From an uncultured Gammaproteobacteria bacterium (lineage in GTDB: Bacteria > Patescibacteriota > Microgenomatia > Levybacterales > GWA1-39-11), in NCBI GenBank assembly GCA_964627245.1, contig CAZVGS010000001.1, forward strand, positions 25,256 through 89,255: a DNA stretch of 64,000 nucleotides, read 5' to 3'. Below the pieces are notes generated by a model. It did no database searches, was not told the origin of the DNA, and saw only the letters and a program-made list of their open reading frames with translations. Position numbers and translations under genes: made by a program. Below, piece by piece: positions 27,773 to 38,132 of the stretch. How positions within the stretch are numbered: the first letter of the stretch is position 1; every line of letters begins with the position of its first letter.

Positions 27773-28807
27773 ATGGGCAAAGTCATTAAGCTTTTTACAA
27801 TCCTTTTTTCCATTGTTTTAATTGCATCTGCATTTTTTGTGGCAATGCTGGCATTTCCTATCTTTGGCAATCAGGCTCTAATTGTGCGCTCGGGATCAAT
27901 GGAGCCTACCATTGGAGTCGGATCAGTCGTTGTAGTTAGACAAAGCAACACTAGCACCTACCAAGAAGGTGATGTCATATCCTTCCGTTATGACAAAGAC
28001 ACGATAATAACCCACAGGATTTTTGAAGTTATAAAATCTCCAAATGGTAATATTTCTTACAAGACAAAAGGGGATGCTAACGAAGAGGAAGATAACTGGG
28101 TTGTTGCTTCAGAAGATATTCTAGGAAGGAACTATTTCACAATTCCGGAATTCGGTAAGTTGCTCGCCTTCGCACGCTCAAAATATGGTTTTCCTTTACT
28201 GATAATCTTTCCCTCAAGTCTTGTCATCTTGCTTGAGATTGTAAGCATCATAAAAGAAGTTAAAAAAGGAAAAAAGAAAAAAGAGTTAATTCACCCGCTG
28301 GTTTTTCCAAAGGATAACGCAGTAGACTACCAAACGGTCTTTACAAAGAAAAATTTTGGTCTTTTGAAGGTCTTACTGCCCTTCGTGGTTTTTGCATTTT
28401 TTATCCAAAGTACATCTGCATTCTTCTCCGATACCGAAACGTCCTCGAATAATTACTTTCAGGCAGCAACGACTTTTGGAACACCCACCCCTACACCTTC
28501 CGTGCCGGTCACTCCAACGCCTACAAATACTCCCACCCCAACACCTACCCCGGGTGGCGGGTGCGGGTCAAGTATTATTATTTCTGGGAATGGAGCGTGG
28601 TCTATCAACAAAGCTTATATAAAATGTATTCTTGAAAATTCCGTTACCCAGACGAATAACACAAATGTTAATACAAACGTAGAGACAAATTCTGATACCG
28701 GCGAAAATTCTTCAAATGGAAATGACGGAGGAGACAACAATACCGAAAGCGGGAACGCAAGTAATACTGTTGAGGTAACAGTCGAAGGCTCAGTAAATGA
28801 AAACTAG
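27773..28807 (+). CDS. sipW: SipW-type signal peptidase I fused to a SipW-signal-bearing secreted tail
   Basis: VRSGSMEP, ITHR and TKGDAN; internal TSAFFSDTETSSNNYFQA followed by a PT-rich linker. Confidence 0.88.
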   Translation: MGKVIKLFTILFSIVLIASAFFVAMLAFPIFGNQALIVRSGSMEPTIGVGSVVVVRQSNTSTYQEGDVISFRYDKDTIITHRIFEVIKSPNGNISYKTKGDANEEEDNWVVASEDILGRNYFTIPEFGKLLAFARSKYGFPLLIIFPSSLVILLEIVSIIKEVKKGKKKKELIHPLVFPKDNAVDYQTVFTKKNFGLLKVLLPFVVFAFFIQSTSAFFSDTETSSNNYFQAATTFGTPTPTPSVPVTPTPTNTPTPTPTPGGGCGSSIIISGNGAWSINKAYIKCILENSVTQTNNTNVNTNVETNSDTGENSSNGNDGGDNNTESGNASNTVEVTVEGSVNEN

Positions 28808-29334
28808 CTTACAGGCTTTGCGACTACTACGAAGCGCTTGGAGTCCAGAAATCCTGTGCAGGTGTAAAGAGTGATCCTGGTGTCATTGGTAGAGTTAATA
28901 ATATAACTTTCTGAAGGTTCTACAACTGCAGTATATTCCACCTCAAATTCTCTCTTGTCCCCATTTTTAAGTGTAATAAATATCCTTTCTCCCGGTCTTA
29001 CGGACGGTAGGTCTTTCAGCAAACTCTCCCAGTTGTGCCCATACAATACGCTATTTCCCTTTTGTCCGGGCTCAGGCGTAGAAGCAAGGTAGGAAATGCC
29101 TTTATGAGTTGTTTCCCAATTACTGCCCTCTTTTATTGCGGGAACTATCGGCAATTGCAGATTTATTGAAGGAATTTCAATAGTATTTGGCGGGGTTATG
29201 CTTTTCTGGAGATTACCAGGCTTATTCTCAAAGGATAAAGGCTTTGGGGAGTGACGTAAATACACTAAGTAAAATCCAAAAAACACAAGAATAATTCCTG
29301 TGAGAGTTAACAATCTGGAAATTAAGCGCAACAT
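28804..29334 (-). CDS. Sortase
   Basis: N-terminal TM helix; YGHNW and TLYTCTG..SKR give the His/Cys/Arg triad. Confidence 0.92.
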   Translation of the reverse strand: MLRLISRLLTLTGIILVFFGFYLVYLRHSPKPLSFENKPGNLQKSITPPNTIEIPSINLQLPIVPAIKEGSNWETTHKGISYLASTPEPGQKGNSVLYGHNWESLLKDLPSVRPGERIFITLKNGDKREFEVEYTAVVEPSESYIINSTNDTRITLYTCTGFLDSKRFVVVAKPVS

Positions 29335-29363
29335 AGTGACTGAGTGCTCACCTATGTAAGCTA

Positions 29364-29960
29364 TTAGTTAGCTTTTCTCCTCAAGAGGATACCCGTGAGA
29401 GTCAAAAGAACTCCCGCACCAAAAGTTTCAGCAATAAATAGGAGGTTACCTGTAGAAGCAAGGCTTGTACCTTGAGCAGACTGGACAATTGATCCTAACC
29501 CATCAGATCTTCCATCAGTACGTCCATCTGTTCTGCCGTCTCCTCCGCCTGAATTCGTGGTAGACGAAGACTTGCAAGAGTAAGTGATGTTCTTTGCCAA
29601 ATATGAGCCTTCAGAAAGACCCCATGCGGTTCCGTCTGGAATAAATATCCAGCCTTCTTTTTGAAGAACCTTAATTTCATCCTGAGTTAGATTTGATGTA
29701 TTTAACCAATTTGTCTGGATACCTTCTCCATTCTCGCCGCAAAAACACTGCATTGCTTTACCATTTTCCTGCAAGTGTACAGCATCGGATCCTATTTTTG
29801 AGCCAACACCAGGAATGCCGTGTGTTCCATTGTCATAATTTGCGATTACTTCACCTTTTGGCGAAAGACACGAAGGGAATTCAGAGATTTGCTCAGAGTG
29901 AGCGCTTCCTGCGAAGACAAGAAATGCAATTGATAGAAGAAAAAACGATGACTTCTTCAT
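29364..29960 (-). CDS. Secreted protein with LAxTG sortase-sorting signal
   Basis: Signal peptide; C-terminal LASTG, hydrophobic helix and RRK tail; (DGRT)2-DGRSDG repeat. Confidence 0.8.
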   Translation of the reverse strand: MKKSSFFLLSIAFLVFAGSAHSEQISEFPSCLSPKGEVIANYDNGTHGIPGVGSKIGSDAVHLQENGKAMQCFCGENGEGIQTNWLNTSNLTQDEIKVLQKEGWIFIPDGTAWGLSEGSYLAKNITYSCKSSSTTNSGGGDGRTDGRTDGRSDGLGSIVQSAQGTSLASTGNLLFIAETFGAGVLLTLTGILLRRKAN

Positions 29961-30000
29961 AACTGGAGGCATTATAGTATATAACTACAGGTTTGTCAAG

Positions 30001-31251
30001 CTAGAATGGTAGGGGTATTTTAAGAAGCAGTATAAGCAGTCTTTCAATAGACGAAGGGTTGCTTTTGATGAGTTTTATGTTGTCATTATGAAGGTGAAGA
30101 TCCACTTTTGAGTGCTCGTACCCCTCTGCCATAATAGTTGCTTGACTTGTGTTCTTGAGGCTTGGGATCGCAAAATTTCCGTCCTTATCTGTCTTATATG
30201 CTCGATTCTCAACATTAATTGTAGATCCTAGGCCTTTTCCAATATAATCCGTTACCTGTCCTGCAAATACAAAGGGACTATAAGACTTTGCGATTGTATC
30301 AACTGCAACCCTTTTGTAACCGGATTCCTCCCATACTTCAGTTGAACCGCCTGTATTAGTCCAGTAGTTCATGCCCATTAAATGGATGTTTTTTGACATT
30401 AGCTCAAATGCTTCCGTGAGCCACTCATTTTGCTCAACCTCAGACATTTCTCCGTGAATATCGGGAATTGGAGCCCCAAATTCTCCAAGAACAACTTTCC
30501 CCCCGCTTCTTAGTGCGTATTCAGTAACATCCTGGTTGAGCTTTTCAGGCGTTAGTACATAGTGATCAACAACAACAAGACCCCCCAGCTTTGACGTGGT
30601 ATCCTCATCCATAATAAGCTTTGCGACATCTCCATTCATTGAATTAAATCGCGTGTCCACCTTTTTACCAATTTTTGCAAATGCCCTTTTTGTGATTTCG
30701 TATTCTTTGATCAGAAACTCCTTGTGACCTTGTGCATCATTGTTGTGCCTTGGATCACCCGGCCCTCCGTTCTCACACTCAGGACAAGCACTGAACACAT
30801 CTCCGTCGGCAAAAAGACCCGGGTTGTTCAAAATGAATTCCTCAACAAGCCTGGCATGAGTGTCGCGGTCAATTTTGTCATACGAGAACCACCCTTCCCA
30901 GCCTGAAAAATTTCCCCGGAACCACACATTTAAGCCATACCTTCTCGCATAACTTACCCATCTTTTAAGAAACGGCCCAAACTCCTCATCATATGGCGTT
31001 GCTATTGAAACGTGCGTTGCACTTACATCTGCGATTTGCTTAATCTGACGCTCAATTACAACATCAAAAGTGGAGTCATTATTTTTTTCGCGCGCAAGAT
31101 CCCGGGAATACTTCATAGTGTCAACAGATTGAAAATCCCAAAAACGCGTTTTCTCCTGAAGACTTATCCGAGAATTACTGACACTAACCCCAATAACAAT
31201 TGAAAAAAGTGTTATGCAAATTGCCAAGAACGTTACGATTTTTTTATTCAT
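30001..31251 (-). CDS. Secreted or membrane-anchored glycoside hydrolase-like protein
   Basis: N-terminal hydrophobic segment; PECENG, VDHY and VVLGEFG resemble clan GH-A motifs. Confidence 0.55.
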   Translation of the reverse strand: MNKKIVTFLAICITLFSIVIGVSVSNSRISLQEKTRFWDFQSVDTMKYSRDLAREKNNDSTFDVVIERQIKQIADVSATHVSIATPYDEEFGPFLKRWVSYARRYGLNVWFRGNFSGWEGWFSYDKIDRDTHARLVEEFILNNPGLFADGDVFSACPECENGGPGDPRHNNDAQGHKEFLIKEYEITKRAFAKIGKKVDTRFNSMNGDVAKLIMDEDTTSKLGGLVVVDHYVLTPEKLNQDVTEYALRSGGKVVLGEFGAPIPDIHGEMSEVEQNEWLTEAFELMSKNIHLMGMNYWTNTGGSTEVWEESGYKRVAVDTIAKSYSPFVFAGQVTDYIGKGLGSTINVENRAYKTDKDGNFAIPSLKNTSQATIMAEGYEHSKVDLHLHNDNIKLIKSNPSSIERLLILLLKIPLPF

Positions 31252-31254
31252 ATA

Positions 31255-32745
31255 TTATTTTGCTATACCTATTACATCCTGCTTTACCTTCGGAACGGTT
31301 ACAAAACCCTCTTTTGATACATGAGAGGTTGCCGCATGTTTTAAGTTTACAGGATTGTACCATTTCATTTGCGTTATATCAGCTTTGAGTCTGATTGTAC
31401 CAGCTTTGTTAGCGTCCGGAATATAAATTATTGTTGTACTTTTACCTGAGGCTGCAATAGCTCCGCTTTGCTTATTTAGCCTCATAAGACTCAGGTCGGG
31501 TCTTAAGTCCTCCCACTTTTGCTTTTGAAGAAATGCTTTTGAAATCCCCAGTTGAAAGGCGCCAGGAAATCTCAAAGCTTTTTTGTAAGAAGAATTGCCC
31601 CAGTGACCCATGAAATTATCTCCCTTTGCTATCTGCCAAACCCCATGTGCCCCATATGAGTGCCCCTTTGCGCCGGAAAGAGCACATGCCCAAAAGGCAA
31701 GGCGTTGATGGTATGCTCCAAAATTACCCATTATTCCCTCATACCAGGGTTCCAAATTAATGATAATTTTCTTCGAGCTTTCTATTGCTTCCCTCATAAA
31801 TTGAAGCCTGTTAACATCATGACCGGACTGAATTGAATTAACGTCAATCATGCCGCCAAAATATGTATCCGCTTTGACCATACCGCTTACGTGTGCAGTC
31901 AAAAGCGAATTGTTGTAATTGATTTTTCTGAGGTTAGAAAGCGCGCTTTTCCACTTATGGATTCTTTGAGACAAATTCTTTTTAGGCGCTTTTTTGAATT
32001 TCTTGAGTAACGAATAGACATTTTCGTTAGTGCTTAGAATTCTTTTGAAAATGTCCTTCACTCTGCCTGTTTTTTCTCCATAAAAGACATCTACCTCACC
32101 GGAAAGTGAGAAAATAGCCGGATAATAGCCGTAGCGCGCAAAAACTTCATTAGCAAAGTCATTAAATTTTCTAACTCCAAATAAATCTATATGATGACCC
32201 CACCCCAGAAATAGCATCGGCAAAAGTTCTGCCTCACAAATTTTATCAATTCTTTTATCAAGCGCGTCAAAATAACTCTCATTTACTGAAAAATCTTTAC
32301 GGAATGGATGACCATTGTCGTTATGGGCTTCTTCTGAGAAGAAAGGAATTTCAGGGGGCACACCAACAACAAGTTGTATGGCATTAAAGCCCTGCTTTTT
32401 GCGTTTTATTATGTACTTTTCAAATTCTTCATTTGAAATTCTTTTTGTGGCACCATACCAGATAGTGTCAGACAAAAGAAATATGGATTTTCCACCCAGC
32501 TTAAAGTAATCCTTTCCGCTTGAAAGCAACAGTTTGACTGAAGTCTTTCTTAGCACAAAAGCGCCCTCTTCCTTTGCTGTTCTATAGATATATGACCCTT
32601 TTTCACCTGAAAAACGGAAATAAGATTTGCCATCCGCCTTTTGAAAAATCAAAGCTGTGTGCTTTGTTCTGCCTGTTATTAATACCGTTGTATTTTTGCC
32701 GTAACTTTTACTCAAAGCTACTTCTATTGGCTTACAATTGAGCAT
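31255..32745 (-). CDS. DUF4038 (apiosidase-like) glycoside hydrolase domain protein
   Basis: FLLSDTIW, QGFNAIQL, QSGH, NLEPWYE, GHSYGAHGVW and WYNP. Confidence 0.8.
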   Translation of the reverse strand: MLNCKPIEVALSKSYGKNTTVLITGRTKHTALIFQKADGKSYFRFSGEKGSYIYRTAKEEGAFVLRKTSVKLLLSSGKDYFKLGGKSIFLLSDTIWYGATKRISNEEFEKYIIKRKKQGFNAIQLVVGVPPEIPFFSEEAHNDNGHPFRKDFSVNESYFDALDKRIDKICEAELLPMLFLGWGHHIDLFGVRKFNDFANEVFARYGYYPAIFSLSGEVDVFYGEKTGRVKDIFKRILSTNENVYSLLKKFKKAPKKNLSQRIHKWKSALSNLRKINYNNSLLTAHVSGMVKADTYFGGMIDVNSIQSGHDVNRLQFMREAIESSKKIIINLEPWYEGIMGNFGAYHQRLAFWACALSGAKGHSYGAHGVWQIAKGDNFMGHWGNSSYKKALRFPGAFQLGISKAFLQKQKWEDLRPDLSLMRLNKQSGAIAASGKSTTIIYIPDANKAGTIRLKADITQMKWYNPVNLKHAATSHVSKEGFVTVPKVKQDVIGIAK

Positions 32746-32753
32746 AGACGATC

Positions 32754-34061
32754 CTATTTATAGGAGGGTGTGAAATTCGGAAAGGAGAAATTGAAATTGA
32801 ATGAAAACCGCTTTTTTACTGGTGCGGTAAGTCCAAGAAGAACAGTTGCGGGATTTACTTCTAAAGTAACATCCGACATCCTTACAGCCTCTCCTCTTTT
32901 AATGTCTTTTAAGAGTATAGCGTTTTTTGCTAGGCCTACCGGTAATGTATTAGAATTCTTTTTGAAATTTGAAATTTGCCCATACACCATATCTCCGCCT
33001 ATCCCGTCCAGCCTATCCCCTGCCTTCAAATTTTTCTTTGCAACTGTCATGGTTGTAGTCTTTTGGTGTGAATTGTTTATCGTCACTTCTTTGTATAAAG
33101 CAGCAGAAGCTATAGTTTGCATAACCTCAAGGTGGCACAAGTGATAAGGTTCAAATAGTAAATAATACGGCCCATCTCCGAGGCTGAGGTATCTTAGGTA
33201 CTTCACTTGGTTTGGGTCTTTATGTTTTGCTATTACGAATATTCCGGGAAATAGGTTGAGGCCAATTACATAATCCACTATTCCTCCTTTAGGAATTTTT
33301 TTGAAGTCAAATTTCTTAAGTATGTCTTTAAGCTCGTCCACTCTTGTCCCTACCATGCCGTCCTTCATAACTTTCATTCCATAGTAGTTTGCGACCAAAT
33401 TCATCTCAATTGACTGCTTTGTTCCATCTGTAAAAGAAACAGTTTGCCTGACATTCAGCCCCTTGTCATCTGCCCATTTCTGCATTTTAGACTGCGTCGC
33501 ACGCTCGTCCATGTAACGTTTCATATTTCCGGCAACAATTACCTCAAAACCCATAAGACGCGCTTGCGAGATGAGGCGTGTTAGACTCCCGGGCTGGTCA
33601 CCCAAAACATCGGTTATCAGAACACCCTTTTTATCAGCCAAAGCTTTTAGCTTGTGGCCTACGGTTGCCTGAAGCTCGGGGTTCATTGTGATCAAGTGCT
33701 TCTTTGAATTAATAGTGGCCAATGCAATTTGTGTTCCGTAATCGACCGTTCCGGACACTTCAAGAACAACGGCATTTTTGTATTGCTTTATAAGAGTAAT
33801 ATCTGAAGAAACAGCAATAATTCCATGTGCTGTGAGCTCTTTAACCTCAAAAATTGACGCTACTGCCAATGCCTTTATGCCGTTTTTGTTAAGATATTCA
33901 ACGGCTTCATCAGCACGCCTTGTAATAATAAGGGGAATTTTGATATACGGACTCTTTGAAGCAGAGGAGATAAATCCAAATCCCATAAACCCAAGACCGC
34001 ATACAATAACTTCAAGCGGTTTTTCGAGTCTTTCAAGGTCATGAATGAGCTTCGCGTACAT
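32754..34061 (-). CDS. NAD(P)-dependent homoserine-dehydrogenase-like oxidoreductase with SAF domain
   Basis: GLGFMG, GDQPG, SFTDGTK, PYHLCHLE and AKKNLKAGDRLDGIGG. Confidence 0.85.
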   Translation of the reverse strand: MYAKLIHDLERLEKPLEVIVCGLGFMGFGFISSASKSPYIKIPLIITRRADEAVEYLNKNGIKALAVASIFEVKELTAHGIIAVSSDITLIKQYKNAVVLEVSGTVDYGTQIALATINSKKHLITMNPELQATVGHKLKALADKKGVLITDVLGDQPGSLTRLISQARLMGFEVIVAGNMKRYMDERATQSKMQKWADDKGLNVRQTVSFTDGTKQSIEMNLVANYYGMKVMKDGMVGTRVDELKDILKKFDFKKIPKGGIVDYVIGLNLFPGIFVIAKHKDPNQVKYLRYLSLGDGPYYLLFEPYHLCHLEVMQTIASAALYKEVTINNSHQKTTTMTVAKKNLKAGDRLDGIGGDMVYGQISNFKKNSNTLPVGLAKNAILLKDIKRGEAVRMSDVTLEVNPATVLLGLTAPVKKRFSFNFNFSFPNFTPSYK

Positions 34062-34102
34062 GTGTAAATTATAACCTATAGTAGAAGCTAAATCAAGTGC
34101 TT

Positions 34103-35716
34103 TTACCTTTGATTGGGGAACATCTCAGAAGTATTCAATTGATTTACGTATTCATCTTTTATCTCATAGATATCTGCAAAAGGATACTTTTCTACCAAAT
34201 TGTACTTCTGCAAAGCCTTATTCTCGGCAAGCTCTTTGAAAGTTAGGTCATTCACGTCATTTGTGCGCATGATGATCCACCTTGCCCATCTATCAGGCGC
34301 TGACGTGGCTGCGATCCAGTAAGCCCCTGTTCCTTCATGAATAAATTTCTTCATTTGAAGTCCGGATGAAAAAATGATGGCATCATGTGAGGCGGCAGAA
34401 ATAAGGACAAAACCCTCCTTACCGGTGATATTTTTCCTCATCCAGCCTGAAACTTCAGACACGTTCTTTTGAGATGAGCCAACCCTTGCATCATCAATCG
34501 TTACGGCATCCTGGCTTGTAAAAGTAAAAACGCTTACAAGAAGTATGAGCCCGACGAGTACGTATTTCAGCTTTTGCGAAACGCCGACCAAGTATCCGGT
34601 AAAAATTGCAATAGCCGGTGCAAGCATGATCCCGTAGCGCACATTGAACCAAGTATTTCCTGATAATCCTTGAATAAATAGCACGGATTGACCTAAATAC
34701 AAAGCAAGAATGTTGAAAATTAGAGGTGCAAGAAGTGAAAATGAAGCAAGCTTGACCCCTGATGAGAATTTCTTATTAAGAAAGAAAAATATACTTCCCA
34801 ATAACCCAAGCAGGACAATAAATGTGTTGCTGTTGAACAAAAGTGCGTGTGTATAAACCTTTATTGAAAAGAGCAAATTCCCCTTCGTGGCAAGGTTGCC
34901 TGCCTCTTCAAGCTGGGTCTGTTGCGTATAGGCAGAGTAAGGACCGTAGATAAAATATAGAGGATCTTTGAAAATTACCAAATTCCACAAAAACCACAAT
35001 GCAACACCAAGGCTCCCAAGAGTCATAAAGAAGATGGTTCTACCCTCAGCTGTCTTAAAACCTGATTTTTTTAGAGTATGCAAAAAGATAAGAACCGTCA
35101 TCATAAATAATAAGAACCACCCGTCGTATCTTATGAGTGTTGCAAGCATTACCCAAAATGAAGCCATTACAAGGTTAAGAAGTTTTTCTCTTTGATACCA
35201 GACGAGAAGCTCAAAAGATGCAGCTGTCATAGTGGCAATAAGCAAAAGCTCAGTCATGGCGGTTGACTGAAGGTACAAGATGTTAAGGTTGGCACAAAAA
35301 ACAACAACTGCAGTGAGTCTTCCAAGAGCCGGGACACTAAGCCTTTTTAGGTAATAATAGATCATCATACCTGTGGCTACAAAAGACACCATGGACTGTA
35401 ATGCGCCTGAAAGACCGGAATGCCACATAAAGTCATTCCAGATTGTCGGCACCATGAGCAGATGAGGTAAAGGAAGCCAAACGGAACCTAGCTGAGCAAA
35501 ACCCGGCTTTAGACTCTCAACAACGCGCCTGCCGATATCCAAATGGGATCTGGCATCGTTATACGAGAGTCCCAGTCCGTTACTAAAGTAGACAGCATAG
35601 GAAAAAACTGAGATTACCGTAAGAATATACAGCAAAATCTGAAAGTCGTACTTCTCAAAAAACCTCAATAGACGTTTTACAGCCTTGAAAGGAATTGGGA
35701 AAATTAGTCCGTTCAT
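34103..35716 (-). CDS. GT-C fold glycosyltransferase (GT39/PMT-like)
   Basis: Multi-TM; YNDARSHL..RRV, WLPLPH, TAMTE and IRYDGW. Confidence 0.75.
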   Translation of the reverse strand: MNGLIFPIPFKAVKRLLRFFEKYDFQILLYILTVISVFSYAVYFSNGLGLSYNDARSHLDIGRRVVESLKPGFAQLGSVWLPLPHLLMVPTIWNDFMWHSGLSGALQSMVSFVATGMMIYYYLKRLSVPALGRLTAVVVFCANLNILYLQSTAMTELLLIATMTAASFELLVWYQREKLLNLVMASFWVMLATLIRYDGWFLLFMMTVLIFLHTLKKSGFKTAEGRTIFFMTLGSLGVALWFLWNLVIFKDPLYFIYGPYSAYTQQTQLEEAGNLATKGNLLFSIKVYTHALLFNSNTFIVLLGLLGSIFFFLNKKFSSGVKLASFSLLAPLIFNILALYLGQSVLFIQGLSGNTWFNVRYGIMLAPAIAIFTGYLVGVSQKLKYVLVGLILLVSVFTFTSQDAVTIDDARVGSSQKNVSEVSGWMRKNITGKEGFVLISAASHDAIIFSSGLQMKKFIHEGTGAYWIAATSAPDRWARWIIMRTNDVNDLTFKELAENKALQKYNLVEKYPFADIYEIKDEYVNQLNTSEMFPNQR

Positions 35717-37224
35717 GCTTTTTTCTCCTTTCTGTAGAAAGACAGCAAAAGAAGTGTCAGCCCAATCCCAAGAACAGAGGCAAAATGTGCGATAGTATAG
35801 CTATAGGCATTCATGTAGGGCGAAAGAAAGATATTGTAGATAAGAGAGCTTGATTGATTTTTCTCAAGCATAGAAAGATTGTATTCAGGCGTATGAGGAA
35901 TTGGCTGTGGTAACGCAATGGCCTCTACTTTTGGCGGGATAGCATTGGTTGTCATGACACCAAGCGTACTTAGAAAAGAACTGTATGCAAAAAGCGCAAC
36001 AACACAAACCAGAAGCAAATATCTGATCCTTTCAAAACTAAGAACCAACGGAACTGCACTGCAAAGAATTGCCGCGGCCGGTATTAAATATCTGGGACCA
36101 TATGACCACCCGCCCCAAGGATCTCCAAACATAGTATAAAGCACTATATTAAGAAGAATTACAGAAGAAGCTGTAGCAGCAGCAATGGCATGGCTTTTTC
36201 TGCGGTATGAAATTATAAGTCCTAAAATTCCAATCAGAACAATAGGACTGTAGTAAAGCCAAGACCTCTCATCGCTTAGAGTTAACACATAAAATCCCTG
36301 CATCTGCTCACGGGTATCAAAAGGCAAAAGGAGCCCTCCCCTGTCAGTCAAGTCACCGCTAGGTCTGTTGGAAACCGCCGTACCTACTGCAAAAACATCT
36401 GTTCTTCCAACTGATTGAGCCAGAGAAGTATAACTTCCAAGAGTTATTTTGTTATACATGCCAAAGGCAATAAGCACGGGTATTAGTCCTACAAGAAGTC
36501 CAAATAGTGCAAAATTTATTTTAAGCTTAAATTTATCAAGGCTTTTTGAAACAATTACAATTTTCGAAAGCAAAAGTAATCCGGCTGGGATCATAAGAAT
36601 CAGTGCTGGAATATCCACAAGCAAAGCAACCCCGCAAAGAAATCCAAAAAGTACAGATCTCATAAAATTAACCTTTGAAACCGCTATCAGTATTCCCAAG
36701 AGAACAACGGTAACGCTCATGTGGTGCTGGGTTAGGGTTTGGGAATAGGCAAGTGCATTTGTAGCAAAAGTGAATGCAAAAGCTCCAAAGAGACTACCCC
36801 AAAAAGAGGCGCCAAGTCTTTTTGCAAGACTTGCTACTAAAAAGAAGTTGGCAACCGCAAAAAGAGCGGTTGCAAAATACGCTCCCAATTGCGGAGCTGA
36901 AAAGTACTGACCTAGGAGATAAAATGGAACCGCTGCAAATGACACGCCGGGAGTAAAAATAGAGAAAAATTTTCCGCCGCTTGCAACAACGTCAGGAGAT
37001 GCGAATTTTGCTTGCTCAAAGTTGAGCTCAAAAGTGCCGTTTTTAACTATAGCTTCTGTAAGTGCGTAGCGTGCAGTACTATTTGAAGACTCAAAAGGTC
37101 CGCTCACGCGTATGTCGTAACCCGATTGAAAAGCAATAGGGTTCCCGCGGTTACCTTTTACAGCAAAAGCTATAAGTGCAACCACTACCAAAGCAAGAAT
37201 GATAATTACTATTTTTCTAAACAT
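35713..37224 (-). CDS. Multi-TM membrane protein, probable GT-C glycosyltransferase
   Basis: Many TM helices; WGGWSYGPRYLIP. Confidence 0.65.
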   Translation of the reverse strand: MFRKIVIIILALVVVALIAFAVKGNRGNPIAFQSGYDIRVSGPFESSNSTARYALTEAIVKNGTFELNFEQAKFASPDVVASGGKFFSIFTPGVSFAAVPFYLLGQYFSAPQLGAYFATALFAVANFFLVASLAKRLGASFWGSLFGAFAFTFATNALAYSQTLTQHHMSVTVVLLGILIAVSKVNFMRSVLFGFLCGVALLVDIPALILMIPAGLLLLSKIVIVSKSLDKFKLKINFALFGLLVGLIPVLIAFGMYNKITLGSYTSLAQSVGRTDVFAVGTAVSNRPSGDLTDRGGLLLPFDTREQMQGFYVLTLSDERSWLYYSPIVLIGILGLIISYRRKSHAIAAATASSVILLNIVLYTMFGDPWGGWSYGPRYLIPAAAILCSAVPLVLSFERIRYLLLVCVVALFAYSSFLSTLGVMTTNAIPPKVEAIALPQPIPHTPEYNLSMLEKNQSSSLIYNIFLSPYMNAYSYTIAHFASVLGIGLTLLLLSFYRKEKKA

Positions 37225-38131
37225 ACTGAATTTTTTTTGTTGATACGGCCATGGTCCATTTTGCTGTTAATAGCCGTTCAGCTTTATGCGCTAGAATCTT
37301 TGTGTAAAGGTTTAATATAAAGATAAAAACACAATGCACCGGATGCTTAATAAAGGTTACTATGTATATTCGCAAGAGTAAACTCATATCAATTGAGTAT
37401 TCCTGTTCAAGCAAAGAATTAGGGAAATACTTTTTTAAGCGAAGCGGAGCTGCCCTAAACCTTGTATTTTGCACTATTTGGTCTCTCAGGTTTTGAGGTG
37501 ATCGAAAACTAACGATTGCACTTTTAACAAACTTGTATCTAAATCCCATAGAAAGGTTAGAAAAGTATGCAAACTCATCGTTTGCAATCATGTCCACAGG
37601 GATTGAAAGCTTTTTATAGACTTCCTTTTTGAAAGACAGAAGTCTGCCGTCAGCAGAAAGGGGATTCTCTCCATTTCTCACAAGGGGTCTTAGTTTTATG
37701 TAAGCCTCAACTGTATGGTTCACCGCCGCTTCGATAAAGGTTTTTGCTTCGGCTGGCATTGGGTTTCCTCCACACATTCCATATTTTGATTTATTAAGCA
37801 ATGGCTTCACAATATCCCTGACAACATATTTGTGAGAGAATACTACATCAGCATCGGACTGAACCAAAACGTCTGCTTTAACCTTTGAGTAGATCGCATT
37901 TAAGTTTGATGATTTACCCTTTCTTTTCTTATTAACCAAAACTTTAATTCTTGAATCTTTCACTTTGCTTATCTGTTTTAATGTTCTATCCTCCGAACAG
38001 TCGTCTATAACTAGAATTTGGTTGATTACAAATCCTTCTTCCTTCTGCGAAACAACCGACTTCAAAAAATTCAAGATATTATCTTCTTCATTGTAAGCAC
38101 TAATAGCAATTGATACAGTTATTTTTTTCAT
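37217..38131 (-). CDS. Glycosyltransferase family 2
   Basis: AYNEE, DDCSED and SDAD. Confidence 0.9.
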   Translation of the reverse strand: MKKITVSIAISAYNEEDNILNFLKSVVSQKEEGFVINQILVIDDCSEDRTLKQISKVKDSRIKVLVNKKRKGKSSNLNAIYSKVKADVLVQSDADVVFSHKYVVRDIVKPLLNKSKYGMCGGNPMPAEAKTFIEAAVNHTVEAYIKLRPLVRNGENPLSADGRLLSFKKEVYKKLSIPVDMIANDEFAYFSNLSMGFRYKFVKSAIVSFRSPQNLRDQIVQNTRFRAAPLRLKKYFPNSLLEQEYSIDMSLLLRIYIVTFIKHPVHCVFIFILNLYTKILAHKAERLLTAKWTMAVSTKKIQYV

Positions 38132-38132
38132 A

